From contig OZ024759.1 in assembly GCA_964016885.1 (NCBI GenBank), forward strand, positions 3,844,001 through 3,908,000: DNA of 64,000 bases, in the 5' to 3' direction. The translations under genes and the position numbers were made by a program. Below the pieces are notes generated by a model. That model was not told where the DNA came from. It did no database searches and worked only from the letters and a program-made list of their open reading frames with translations. The first letter of the stretch is position 1. Each line of letters starts with the position of its first letter. Positions 26,301-39,200 of this stretch are shown here, one piece after another. Origin of the DNA: Eledone cirrhosa. Taxonomy: Eukaryota.

Positions 26301-26829
26301 GCCAGGTCAAATCGGCCGATTAACCTTTTGAGGCTTTTACACCCCCCTCTATTGGCACATGCCCCTACATAGTCCCAACGTGCATCCAGGATACCATTCC
26401 AGTCCCCCACTAAAAGCAAGGAGCGGGACGTTCCCAGAAAAGTTTCCAGACGTTGGAAGTATTCCGGCCGCGCTGCCCAAAAAGGGGCGTACACAGCTAT
26501 TAGTCTAAGGGCTCCACTTTCACTACTGCCGACGTCTAAAACCACCAGTCGACCCTCCGGGTCCAGGTGCACCTTCTGTATGGCGAGGCCCAGGTGTTTT
26601 CGCAGCAGAACAACAACTCCACCCCCACCCCCCCACCCGGTTGACAGAGAGATGCGAAGATCTCAAAGTCGTCGAAGAGGGGCGCCAGTTGGTGCTCGCT
26701 GCTGATCCTGGACTCGCAAATAGCCATTACATCCATTCTATGCGACCTGAGATCGTTTAAAAGTTTGCCTTGTTTCCAAGACAGTCCCAGGCCGCGTACA
26801 TTCAGACACCCAACTCTTATATCAGCCAT
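23385..26829 (-). pseudogene. Tx1/L1 ORF2 (APE endonuclease + RT) with 2 frameshifts and 2 in-frame TGA
   Basis: CLNVRGL, VGDWN, YLDRV, SDH, KSPGLDGL, FRPITLLN, DQSKAFDRV, QGYPLS, AYADD, CPRC...H...C. Confidence 0.92.
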
Positions 26830-26850
26830 GTTGGTTAAAAGAGGAAGGAC

Positions 26851-28562
26851 CTACCTGTTCGGCTCCTGAGGAGCAGGTTGCACAATATCCATGGGCGTAT
26901 TGGAGGGGTTGTTTGGTGGGGTGTTGTTCTGTGGTGGAGTGGGGGTGTTTGGTGAGGTGTGGGTGGGGAAACGTTTCAAGAGGACGCGGTTATAGGGTCG
27001 AGTACATGTTTTCCCCACGTCCTCAGGAAAGTTCTCTCTTAGTTTTGCATAGGTGTCCATTGGGAGTCTTATCATTTTTAAATGCGGTTTGTTGGCCGCG
27101 CTTGCAAAGAATTGCCCTTCAGTTTCCACCGAAGGGTCTTTGTGTATTGTTTTTACTAGTTCTTTGTTATTTGTGTTAATGTATGTATACTGTTTTATTT
27201 GTGTTGTGTTTGTTTGTTGTTCTTGTGTGTGCTTACGTTTTGTTGTATGTGTTATGTTTTGGGGTGGGGCGGATTTTGTTTGTTCTGTTTGTTTTGTTTT
27301 TGTTGGTGGTTGTGTGTTTGTTTCGTTTATGTTCGAGTGGTGCTTTCTTTTTTTCCTTTTTACAGGTTGGAAGGGTTCCTCTTCTTCGTCACTAGGTGCC
27401 GTTTCAGCTGGGTCCTCGTCCGTGTTGTCGGGTAGTGGTGTATTTTGGGGTTTTGTTGTATTTGTGTGTGTTTTGGGAGTTGTTTTGGGTGGGGCCGTGT
27501 CTTGTGTTATTTTTCCGTGTTGTTTTTGTTGTTGTTGTGGTGGTGGCGGTGGTGGTGTGTGGGGTGTAGGCAAAAGAGCCTTTTTTTTGTCAATTGAGGA
27601 CAAGCAGCCCTTAGATGACCCCTGCTTGAACAGTAGTAACATATGGGCCTCCTACCCTCGGCTGAAATGTATATAAATGTTTCTCCATCGAGGGACACCC
27701 TCTGTGGTATTCTAGCTATTCGTTCTGATCTCATTTGGACCAGAACCTCCACGCTCAAACCGCCGAAAACGTCTGTGGTGACTTCTCCTACTGAGAGGAT
27801 TCCGTCCTCGTCTTCTAAAAATCCTGTTAGTACCCAGGAAATGCATGCATTTGGCCGGATTCCGGAGACCCTTATCTTCTGCGTTCTTTTCCCTAAATAT
27901 GTGGGGAAAAATGTATGTAGCTTGGAAACAATTGGCGCCACAGAGTATTTCCTGGCCGTCAATTGATCCTTCATTAGGACCGTTATATTCCCATAGAGTG
28001 GCCCTTTTTGTATGAACGATATATCACTCCACACATTTTTTAGGACCAGCTCAATCTCTTTTTGGGATAATTGAGCTGGTTTCCTTGTTATGTTGGAAAT
28101 TGTTCTGAAAGATATCGTTCTTAGCGTCGTGTCTCTTTTGATTTCTTGTGGGGAGGTGATTGTGAAGTCTCCTCCTTCTTTGAAAGTTACATACTGTTTC
28201 GCTTCCTTCATCTTTTCTCTCAGAGTTGTAATGTCCAGTTGCTTGCAGGTTTGTGTTTTCCGGACCGCCTGTGCAAAGGAGGCACCAGTAGTGGGTTCGC
28301 TTTGTTTGGTGTTATCGTTATTTTTTCCTTGGTTGGTGTTGTGACTATTGCTGTTATTGTCGTTGTTGTTTTTGTCTGCGTTTATGTGACTTTCTGGGTT
28401 TTCACCCATTTTTACAAATTTTTCTTTTAATTCCGTGTTCCATGTTTCTTTTGCAGAAGTGAGGAGGGAAGACTTAGAGCCTTGTGGTTCTAGCTTCTCT
28501 GTATCACCTTTCTTAGGGGGCGTGGCTTTCACGTTAGGATGAGATGTGAAAATTCCGTCCAT
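26851..28562 (-). pseudogene. Tx1/L1 ORF1 (zinc knuckle), frameshift in A9 run near 27585
   Basis: MDGIFTSHP start; CYYCSSRGHLRAAC; continues in ORF 26851..27642 (KKKALLPTP). Confidence 0.82.
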
Positions 28563-30045
28563 TTCTATTAGTTTGCACACGTCAACACACGTCTCTCGTA
28601 TACGAGATGTTATGTGAGATAAAGCCTTTACTGTGAAAATACAATAGTATATATAGAGTAATGTAAATGTTATGTGAGATATTATGTGAGGTAAAGCCTT
28701 TACTGTGACAATACAATAGTATATATAGAGTAATGTAAATGTTACGTGAGATATTATGTGAGGTAAAGCCTTTACCACAAAAATACAATAGTATATATAG
28801 AGTAATGTAAATGTTATGTGAGATATTATGTGAGGTAAAGCCTTTACTGTGAAAATACAATAGTATATATAGAGTAATGTAAATGTTATGTGAGATATTA
28901 TGTGAGGTAAAGCCTCTACTGTGAAAATACAATAGTATATAAAGAGTAATGTAAATGTTATGTGAGATATTATGTGAAGTAAAGCCTTTACTGTGACAAT
29001 ACAATAGTATATATAGAGTAATGTAAATGTTATGTGAGGTATCATGTGAGGAAAAGCCTCTACTGTGACAATACAATAGTATATATAGAGTCATGTAAAT
29101 GTTATGTGAGATATTATGTGAGGTAATGCCTTTACCACAAAAATACAATAATATATATAGAGTAATGTAAATGTTGTATGAGGCATTATGTGAGGTAAAG
29201 CCTTTACTGTGAAAATACAATAGTATATATAGAGTCATGTAAATGTTATGTGAGATATTATGTGAGGTAAAGCCTTTACTACAAAAATACAATAGTATAT
29301 ATAGAGTAATGTAAATGTTACGTGAGATATTACGTGAGGTAAAGCCTTTACTGTGAAAATACAATAGTATATATAGAGTCATGTAAATGTTATATGAGGT
29401 ATTATGTGAGGTAAAGCCTCTACTGTGAAAATACAATAGTATATATAGAGTCATGTAAATGTTATATGAGGTATTATGTGAGGTAAAGCCTCTACTGTGA
29501 CAATACAATAGTATATATAGAATAATGTAAATGTTATGTGAGGTATTATTTGAGGTAAAGCCTTTACTGTGACAATACAATAGTATATATAGAGTAATGT
29601 AAATGTTATGTGAGATATTATGTGAGGTAAAGCCTTTACTGTGACAATACAATAGTATATATAGAGTAATGTAAATGTTATGTGAGATATTATGTGAGGT
29701 AAAGCCTTTACTGTGAAAATACAATAGTATATATAGAGTAATGTAAATGCTAAAGAGTTAAAACATAACTTAACAAATGTTCTTACATAAAGTTAGGATA
29801 GAAGGTTTTAAGATAGTTATAAACATTTTATCATAAACTAAGATGCGTGGCTCTGTGTTTAGAGTATTCGCCTCACAATCGTAAGGTCATGAGTTTGTTT
29901 ACCAGCGGAGTGTTGTGTCCTTGAGCAAGACACTTTATTTCATATTGTTCCAGTTCACTCAGCTGGCAAAAATGAGTTGTACCTGTAATTCAAAGGGTCA
30001 GCCTTGTCACACTCTGTGACATGCTGAATCTCCCCGAGAGCTATG

Positions 30046-30274
30046 TTAACCCTTTAGCATTTAAACTGGCCATATCCGGCCAGAATTCTCTCACCTCTTT
30101 CTGTTCAAACCAGCCATAACTGGCTGCTCATACTTATGTGAAGGTATTGTTCTCAAAATATATAATATCAAAATCTCATAGATTTGATATTATGTGAGAT
30201 AATTATGTAAGATAAAGCCTTTACCACAAAAATGTAATATTAGATATGGAGTAATGTAAATGCTAAAGGGCTAA
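30046..30274. mobile_element. TTAA MITE with a single internal unit, inserted into a SINE
   Basis: Same TIRs as 18701-19346. Confidence 0.78.
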
Positions 30275-30501
30275 GGGTATGCATGTCTGTGGAATACTAA
30301 GCCACTTGCACGTTAATTTCATGAGCAGGCTGTTCCAGTAATAGTGTCAACTGGAACACTCATTGTTGTAACCGACAGTGCCAGTTCAAGTTCAAGGGGT
30401 AGAGTTGATTCAGACAGTTTGGTATCCAAACAGTTAAACAATTAGGAACATGTGTGTTTCATGCCATTTATAAATAAATGTCTTTAGGTGACATTCTAGA
30501 A

Positions 30502-31382
30502 CAGAAGTTCTCAAACTTTTTGGGGCCATCGCCCCCCACAGGGCCTTGTAATACCCTCTAAAACGCCACACCTATTTCCAGAGAGACCTACCTACAAGCA
30601 AATTGTAAATAATATAAAAAAAAGGAACGATGGACTTTCGTCAAATCGGACCGAGGAAACAATGTTTCCGTTGGTCTTTCCAATTGCTAATACTATCTAT
30701 CGGTCGCAACTCCAGGTAGAAGGAGCAACGTGAAATAAAGTAAATAATATATAATACATAAAATGGTTGATATATAATAAATAATTCTTTCTACTTTTGG
30801 CACAAGGCCAGCAATTACTCCAGTATATTACTGGTACTGTATTTTATCGACCAAGTAAAGGTGAAAGCAAAATTAACCTAGGAGGGATTTAAAGTCAGAT
30901 CATAAGGGGCCGTAACTCTATGCTGCAAAGCATGGTGTCCTACCTTCTATAATATATCGACAGTCGATCAACTTCCATCAAATTGGACCACGGAATCAAT
31001 GCTTCCATTGGTCTTTCCAATTGCTTGGCAGTTCTTTACCCAGCTGTCATCCACCATGCGCATCACATGTCCATACCAACACAGTCTTCTCTCCCACACA
31101 CTACAACTTATCCCTCTTATACACAGTTTCTCTCTCAACTCGTCTATACTTTGTCGTTCACATACATTGACATCACACATGCAACAGCATATACTTGCTT
31201 CATTTCTATCCACTATATAATATATACTATGTATCAATAAATATCATATACTTTTTTATTTTACTATATTTATATATAAAATTTATCATTTGATATTTGA
31301 TATACTATTATATCCTCTCCACCCCCATCCTTAAGCCCCAGCACCCCTCTTGGGGCAGTAGCACCCACTTTGAGAACCTCTG
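30502..31382. mobile_element. hAT (Charlie-like) element with nested SINE and RTE fragment (30985-31210, minus)
   Basis: TIR CAGAAGTTCTCAAA / TTTGAGAACCTCTG; TSD TTCTAGAA/TTCTAGAG. Confidence 0.8.
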
Positions 31383-31461
31383 TTCTAGAGGGAAGTGAAA
31401 TTGTAAAGTGTAACAGGCAAGAAGACAACATTTTTCCAAACAAACAAAAAAACCAACTTAC

Positions 31462-31719
31462 TATCAATATAGTTATAATATATCCTTAGTTGGGAAATAT
31501 CGTATGTTTGTCTGAGTTCAAGAGTCCACAATGATCTTGGAGAGCTCATTGTATGAGAACAAGATCTGTGTTGTGGGTTTTGATCGAAGTTACCATCTTC
31601 AGCCAGGTTAGCTGACATTGAGTACATTTCATTGCGACAAACATTGTTTTTCATTAGAATTACACTGCTTGTTTTGTCTGTCGTGGTTTGTGTAGCTACT
31701 TTACCAATAGCTATATTTC
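31462..31719 (-). CDS. N-terminal half of the F-type lectin-like domain (3rd visible exon)
   Basis: AG..GTAAGT, 258 bp: NIAIGKVATQTT...ANLAEDGNFDQNPQHRSCSHTMSSPRSLWTLELRQTYDISQLRIYYNYID; matches FTP pattern NxAxGKxAxQ, AxDGN, SCSHT, WxxDL. Confidence 0.88.
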
Positions 31720-32347
31720 CTGAAAAAGAATGAAAGAAAATTTAATGAAAGTCAATTACTATGAAATGAAATGGATCTCAGTCAGTTGAAACGATGATTG
31801 ATCCAGTGGGAAAAGACAAATTGTTTTCTATATACTAAACTTTTGAAATATCTTTTACGTTATCTCTAAATTATTCCATATTTCCAGTAGAGGCATGTGG
31901 CCTAGTGTTAAGTGTGTTGGACTTACCATCATAATGTCATGGGTTCGATTTCTGGGGTGGGTTGTGTGTTGTGTTCTTGAGCAAAACACTTCATTTCACG
32001 TTGCTCCAGTATACTCTGCTGAAAATGAGCACCAACAATAGCTGTGGAGGGTGTAACCCTGCAATGGACTGATGTCCTGTCCAGGAGGAAGTCTTGTACT
32101 CACAGTCGCTTTATGCCATGAAACCAGGATAAGCATTGGCCTAATGAGCCTTCAGGCTTGAGACAGTATAGTCCTATACGAACGAGACACGGTCACCCGA
32201 CCAATCTTGCCTCAATTGGGACAACTCCCGACTAACCCATGCTAGCATGGAAGATAGATGTAAACGATGATGATGATGATGATATAGCAACCTCAGCCTC
32301 AACAGTGACAGCAACAACAACGGCATGATAATTAGAAATCTACTTAC

Positions 32348-32491
32348 TATAGGTTTTTACTTGGCAATCCGGTCCGGTCCATCCTTCTTCACAGCCATAT
32401 GGGCAAGCCCCAGTTTGTTGATGGCAGTCAGCATCGTTTAAACAATGGCATTGCTTGTTACAAGTATATCCATACCATTGAGATGCACAAC
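32348..32491 (-). CDS. EGF-like exon (2nd visible)
   Basis: AG..GTAAGT, 144 bp: GCASQWYGYTCNKQCHCLNDADCHQQTGACPYGCEEGWTGPDCQVKTY. Confidence 0.9.
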
Positions 32492-33614
32492 CTATGTTAA
32501 AAGTTAGAATTTATCACACTGATGGACTACATTTCCACAGTTCTCTCTCATCTACAGTTAATTGTTTCTACTATTTGGCACAAGGTACCAGTAATACACA
32601 GGGGTAATTGCTGAATTACCTCAGTGCATTACTGGTGCTTTATTTTATTGACCCCCCCCCCCCCATAAGAATGAAAGGCAAACCTTGGCGGGTTTGAAAG
32701 CAAAACGTAAAGGGCCATAACTCTATGCTGCAAAGCATGGTGTCTGACACTCTACGGATTACTGCCAATCCAATAATAATAATTGTTTCTACTTTTGGCA
32801 CAAGGCCAGTCAGCAATTACCTCCAGTGCATTACTGGTACTTTATTTTATCGACCTCCGTAAGAATGAAAGGCAAAGCTAACTTCAGCAGGATTTGAACT
32901 CAGAACGTAAAGGGCCATAATTCTATGCTGCAAAACATGGTGTCTGATGCTCTACGGATTACTGCCAGTCCAATCCAGCAATTACCCCAGTGCATTACTG
33001 GTACTTTATTTTATCGACCCCTGTAAGGATGAAAGGCAAAGTTAACCTCGGCGGGATTTGAACTCAGAACATAAAGGGCCGTAAACATGATGTCTGACAC
33101 TCTACCGATTACTGCCAGTCTCACATAATTATCTCACCTAATATTATGGTCTGAGTTCAAATCCCGTCGAGGATAACTTTGCCATTCATCCTTACGGGGG
33201 TCGATAAAATAAAGTACCAGTAATACACTGGGGTAATTGCTGGCCTTGTGCCCCCAAAAGTAGAAACATAATATTGAATATATTAGATTTTGATATTATC
33301 TATTTTGAGAACATTATCTTAACATTAATAAGGGCGGTGGGTTGGCAGTATCGGTGGAGGGTCGGACGCCATGCTTTCCAGCATAGAGTTACGGCCCTTT
33401 ACGATCTGAGTAATGCACTGGGTAATTGCTGGCCTTGTGCCTAAAGTAGAAACAATTATCTTAACATGAATATGAACGGCTGGTTACAGCCAGTTTGAAC
33501 AGAAAGAGGTGAGAGAATTCTGGCCAGATACAGTCGCTTTAAATGCTAAAGGGTTAACAGTCACAGTTTGTAGAGATTAACAACTAAAGTTTGAATGAAT
33601 AAAGATCAACAGAC

Positions 33615-33764
33615 CTGATAATGATAATGTTTCGATACAGGTACCCTCTCCTTTTATAGAAATAGACCAAGCGTTTACATCCCCTGAACAGCTCAAAGGT
33701 CTGGTTGTACATATTGATGTACAAAAGGGTTCCTTATTTTTGCCAAAAAATACTGAAACTGTCT
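33615..33764 (-). CDS. Probable upstream exon of the same gene (1st visible)
   Basis: Pyrimidine-rich TTTCAG acceptor, CAG|GTCTGT donor, 150 bp, phase 1-1, open and in frame with the next exon: TVSVFFGKNKEPFCTSICTTRPLSCSGDVNAWSISIKGEGTCIETLSLS. Confidence 0.62.
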
Positions 33765-33779
33765 CTGAAATGAGAAGTG

Positions 33780-33829
<50 letters not shown>

Positions 33830-36095
33830 ACGGAGGAAATGTGGTAAGGAACCAGGTGGACCATAATGCACCAAAGTACTCAATACTTAGGGTAGTAGAG
33901 TGGGTAATAGGAACGAGTAGGACCCCGACGGCTGAGCTCAAGCCGTTTCGACGGCTAATTCTGGACTAAATGAACATTTTTATCCTGGTATTTGAATAGC
34001 CGAGCTTCTAAAGGGGTAATTCCATATATGGTAAAAGTGATTGTCACGAGGATTGGTCAAAAGTTTGTTGTTGAGACATAATAATTCTATGATGGCAATT
34101 TGTGGAGGGAAGGGGTAGCTGAACCTGCCAGTAGGAGAAAGAGGGAGAGGAGGTGGAGGAGACCCAGTCATGCGTTGATAGTGCCGACTACAGCTGGGCA
34201 TGAGGTCAAAGAGGATACTAGGGAGGGGGAGGGGGAGGAAGTCGAAACAATTAGTAAAACAATTAGTAAAACAATATGGGGTAAATATATAGAAAAATAC
34301 CGAGAGTGTTAAAAAGCAATTAAATGTAAAAAAAAAAAAAATAAACAATTTCTGGTTACTACGACCTAAGTCTCTCACTGGCACTGCTAGGCTAAAGAAA
34401 GGTTTACTAGGTGGGACGGAATTATAATGAGACCCTTTTAAGAGGTATAAGTAATAAACCAAGTATATCTTACGGTGACGGGTCAACAAGTGAGGGGTCA
34501 AAATACTAAAGAAACTACCACGAAATAATAAATAAAGGTTTCTACCCCAGGCACAAGGCCAGCAACCACCCAGTGCAAAAAGTAAACTAATACGAAATAA
34601 TAATTCAGAGTCCTGAAAAAGAATACTAATACTATCTCTAAGGGTGCCGCCACGATACAAAAGTTCTAGTGCAAACTACATAAAAGCTCGTACGAAGTAA
34701 AATTTGATACGGAAAATTAGTTCAGAATCCCCCCCCCCCCCCCAAAAAAAAATACTGATATATGAGAAATTAAAGCAAAGATACCACTAAGAAATATAGA
34801 AAGCACGGAAAAGGGGCAGCGGTCGGATAAGGAGGCAAGTATCCGGGGTCTAACACATCTGCTATAAAAAGCGGAGTCGGCCAAATCTATCATAGAATAG
34901 GGGTAGGGGGTGGGGGTAGTGAAACTACAAAGGACCGAGGGGCTGCCTCGGGTGGGCGAGAAAATGAAAAGGACGACAACAAAGAAAGAGGACTGGGGTG
35001 GAAGGACTAGGGAGGGATGGGGGGAAGAAGGAAATATAGAGGAAGCGATAAAAAGATATAAAAGATCTTACGTCTACCGTACCTTTGCAAGCAGGGGTTA
35101 CCCATTACAAAATCGGCAAGTGGGGTGTTATAGCCCTAGTCTCCCCTCCCCGGGTCATTATGGGGTTTGAGGGCGAGGTAAGTCCTACGCAATCTATGTT
35201 TACATGCAGTAACCAGTCCATCTTTCATTTGTAAAGTTTCCTCCGAGCATAAATTGCACGGACGGCGTCCTCCCGTGTAAGAGTTGGCTCTGGACAGTAA
35301 GCTCCAAGTGAGATCATAGGTAATGTTGTTATCCTTGAGGTCCCATATGTGGCCCGAAAGTGTAGTGGCGTGACGCCGGGCCGGGTTTCGGAAGGTATTC
35401 CTGTGTTGGTATAGCCGGGTCTTGCGGTTAATCCTATATAAGCTTTGTTGGAGGTGTCCGTCCTCACGTTGCACTGGTAGATCACATTACGATCTCTGCA
35501 TCTGTTGTCGAGGGGGAAAATGGATCCATCAGGACAGTTGCACCTCCTGGTCAGCTCTCCACTGCTATTTAGGTTATTTTTTCCATAGGGGTTGAGTTTT
35601 TTGTTGTTAGAGGAGACGATATTTTGTGCAAAGTTTGGTGTGGTGCTGTAAGAGAGTTTAATGGTATTTTTGTTAATTACGTTGTGGTAGCGGTGTTGTA
35701 GTGGGAAGTGTTTTTCAATGAGCCTAAAGAAGATTTTCCCGATAGGAGTTGTCACCTCGGCGTTGTGGGGAGGATTGAACTGGTTACTGCATGTAAACAC
35801 AGATTGCGTAGGACTTACCTCGCCCTAAAACCCCATAATGACCCGTGGGGTAGACTAGGGCTATAACACCCCACTTGCCGATTTTGTAATGGGTAACCCC
35901 TGCTTGCAAAGGTAGACGTAAGATCTTTTATATCTTTTTATCGCTTCCTCTATATTTCCTTCTTCTCCCCATCCCTCCCTAGTCCTTCCACCCCAGTCCT
36001 CTTTCTTTGTCGTCGTCCTTTTCATTTTCTCGCCCACCCGAGGCAGCCCCTCGGTCCTTTGTAGCTTCAGTAGCCCCACCCCCTTCCCCTATTCT
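33830..36095 (-). mobile_element. 5'-truncated Penelope-like element (GIY-YIG endonuclease) with inverted partial pLTR
   Basis: ORFs 35225..35800 and 35136..35474: FNPPH, IKLSYS, CNC, VIYQ...YIGLT, LSGHIWDLK, CNLC; ~34900-35216 inverted at ~35779-36095. Confidence 0.9.
33922..34017 (-). ncRNA. Hammerhead ribozyme variant (U3-A8) in the Penelope pLTR; G5 replaced by U, probably inactive
   Basis: Minus strand ACCCC-TTTAGAA-GctCGGCTA...TAGCCGtC-GAAACGGCT[tgagctc]AGCCGTC-GGGGT. Confidence 0.65.
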
Positions 36096-36259
36096 ATATA
36101 TATATATATATATGTGTGGAAAAAATGAAACAAAATTTCATTTCTCACTCTTAGTGCGGCTGTTACTTAAATATAAAGTATGTATACATACATACATATA
36201 TGTATACAGACGTACAGTAGTATATATACATGCACACATATATATATGTACGTATGGCA

Positions 36260-39200
36260 CTCAATGACAATGTCACAGATTAAGACAAATTCACCTCCTG
36301 CTGCAAGACGAGAATACAAGGACCCCTCTTTATTTCAGACACAGATGACCAACAAAATCCCGTCTCCCACACCCCTCCCTGCCCCTCCAACCCATCCATC
36401 CCACCCTCCCAACTTAGAGTTGGTACCATGAACGTAGGCACATTGAAAGGTCGCTCAAATGAGGTTGTAGAGATGCTTGAACGTAAAGAAATTGATGTTT
36501 GTTGTATTCAAGAGACTAGGTGGAGAGGGGGATCTGCCAGATTCATCGTGGGTAAAAAACGATGCTATAAACTTTTCTGGGTGGGAAATGACAACGGACA
36601 GGGTAGTGTAGGAATTATGTTAGCTGAAAAATGGGTAGATAAGGTAATTGACGTAAATATAGTGAATGACAGAATAATTAAATTAAGACTAGTTCTAAAT
36701 AGAATTACTGTGACAATAATATCTGCTTATGCACCCCAATCTGGTCTCCCTGATGTTATAAAGGACAGGTTCTATGAGATGCTAATGCACACTACCTCCC
36801 AAATAACCGACAGCGACTACTTAATTATTGCTAGCGATCTAAACAGTCACGTTGGACAACATAGTGATGGCTATGATGGAATTCATGGAGGCTATGGGGT
36901 TGGAAATAGAAATGAGAAGGGTTTCAGAATCCTGGAATTCTGTGATGCAAATAGCCTAACTATATGTAACACAAACTTCAAAAAACGTGAAAACCACTTG
37001 ATCACCTATAGATCAGGGGAACACGCCAGCCAGATAGATTATATCCTTACTAGAAGACGGGACAAAATGTCTGTTGTAAACTCTAAATCCCTCCCCCGTG
37101 AAGAATGCCCCTCCCAACATCGCCTAGTAGTTAGTGACCTCATAGCCAGGAATAGACGTACTCGACGACAGAGGAGGCCTACCTTGAGGAGAAGAATATG
37201 GAAGTTGAAGGACCCCATAGCCAGTGACAAATTTAAAAGCTTATTATTTGTTGCCTTTGACAATAAGGAAGAGCAATTAGAGACGTGCAATAGAGAGGAA
37301 CAGTGGCAATCCTTGAAAGTGAACCTGCTGAAAGCAACGGATGAAATCTGTGGCTGGAGCAGACCTATTGGCAGGAGGAGAGTAACTTGGTGGTGGAACA
37401 GTGAGGTGGAAGAGACAATCAAGGGCAAAAAGCAGGCTTGGAAAGAATGGCAGGATGGGGGGCGTAGAGAGCACTATCAAGTGGCCAGGAGAGAAGCTAG
37501 GAGACAAGTGTACCTTGCAAAAAGGGTAGCAGAGGATAGAAAGTTCAAGCATGTTCTGCAACGTGAGGACCAAAAACGTGAGGTGTTCAGGATTGCTAGA
37601 CAATGTGTCAAGGAAAACCGTGATATTGTCGGGGAGAAGTGTGTCCGTAATGATAATGGTGTACTTGCGCTCACTGATACTGATAAGCCTGGAAGAGGCA
37701 CTACGAGAGACTATTAAATGAGAAGAATAAATGGGAAAAAGATAGTCTGCCCCAAATCGATCCAATGGTGCAAGGTAAAGGTAGTATAATAAGTAAGGCA
37801 ATCAAAGATATGAAGACAGGCAAGGCAGCTGGGCCTTTGGAGGTAGTTGCTGAGATGCCTTCAACATCTGGTATGGCGGGACACACTATGGTCACACGTA
37901 TAGTTAACCAAGTAATACAGAATGGAGTCATACCGAAAGACTGGCGTAGCAGCATCATCATTAACTGCTACAAGGGTAAAGGGGATGCTCTAGATAGGGG
38001 AAACTATAGAGGCATTAAGTTAGTTGACCAGGTCATGAAGGTCACAGAAAGAGTAATAGCGCAACTAATCAGAGAGCGAATTGATCTAGATGAAATGCAG
38101 TTTGGGTTTGTGTCAGGTAAAAGTACCACAGACGCTCTTTTCCTTGTACAACTACAAGAGAAGTACCTAGCTAAAAGTAAACCCCTCTACTTAGCTTTTG
38201 TAGACCTGGAGAAAACTTTTGACAGAGTCCCCCGCTCCATTATCTGGTGGGCTCTTAGAAAACTAGATGTAGATGAATGGCTGGTGAGAGCTATACAAGC
38301 TATGTATAATGAAACAGTCAGTAAGGTTAGAATTAACAATGAATATTGTGAAGAATTTAGTGTAAAAGTTGGCGTTCATCAAGGCTCTGTCCTTAGCCCC
38401 CTCTTATTTATTATTGCCCTTCAGGCTATAACAGAGGAGTTCAAGACCCGCTGCCCATGAGAACTCCTATACGCAGATGATCTAACGCTCATAGTTGAAT
38501 CAATGGCTGAACTAGAGAAGAAATTCGAAACATGGAAGCATGGCCTAGAATCAAAAGGCCTTAAAGTTAACTTGTCTAAGACTAAAGTTCTAGTTTGTAG
38601 AAAGGAAAATAGGGCACAGGTGCCCTCAAGGAAATGGCTATGCTCAGTGTGTAGGAAAGGAGTAGGCAGAAATTCCATTTTATGTCCCAAATGCAAAGTA
38701 TGGGTACATAAAAGATGTAGTGGGATCACAGGTAAACTATCTCAGAACGTAGACTTTATATGTGGCCAATGCTCAGGTGCAATAAGTAGCAAGTGTCCAA
38801 AGGATACTAGCTCCTTCCATTGCCCAGATGGTTCTATAGAAATAGTAGACACTTTCCGTTACCTGGGTGACGAAATCAACAGTGGTGGAGGGTGTTCTGA
38901 AAGTACAGTAGCCAGAGTCAGAACGGGATGGAAAAAGTTCAGAGAGCTTATACCGTTGTTGGCCACAAAAGGTTTCTCTCTAAAAATGAAAGGCAGATTG
39001 TATGATGCCTGTTTCTCTCTAAAAATGAAAGGCAGATTGGTATGGCCATGTGATGCGCATTAAAGACGACAGTTGTATAAAAAAAGTGCAGGGCGATCAA
39101 AATTGATGGTAGTTACGGAGTAGGTAAACCCAGAAAAACCTGGGATGATCTGATAAATTCCGACCTTACATACTTACATCTCTCTAAGACAATGTCTCTG

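Larger units (their letters stand above)
23148..28606 (-). mobile_element. Near full-length Tx1/L1-clade non-LTR retrotransposon
   Basis: ORF1 with CCHC knuckle; ORF2 with APE, RT and C-terminal CCHC; 3' end AATAAAGAAACCAC. Confidence 0.92.
21411..29761. mobile_element. TTAA-flanked MITE expanded by a 72-bp satellite (21800-23147, 28607-29745) with nested SINE and LINE
   Basis: Left TTAACCCTTTAGCATTTA at 21411, right TAAATGCTAAAGAGTTAA ending 29761; 24-aa periodic ORFs. Confidence 0.8.

Noticed and set aside
27507-29045. 512-aa ORF fusing satellite repeats to Tx1 ORF1
   Set aside because: The 72-bp unit is a multiple of 3 and stop-free in that frame by chance; ORF1 most likely starts at 28562.
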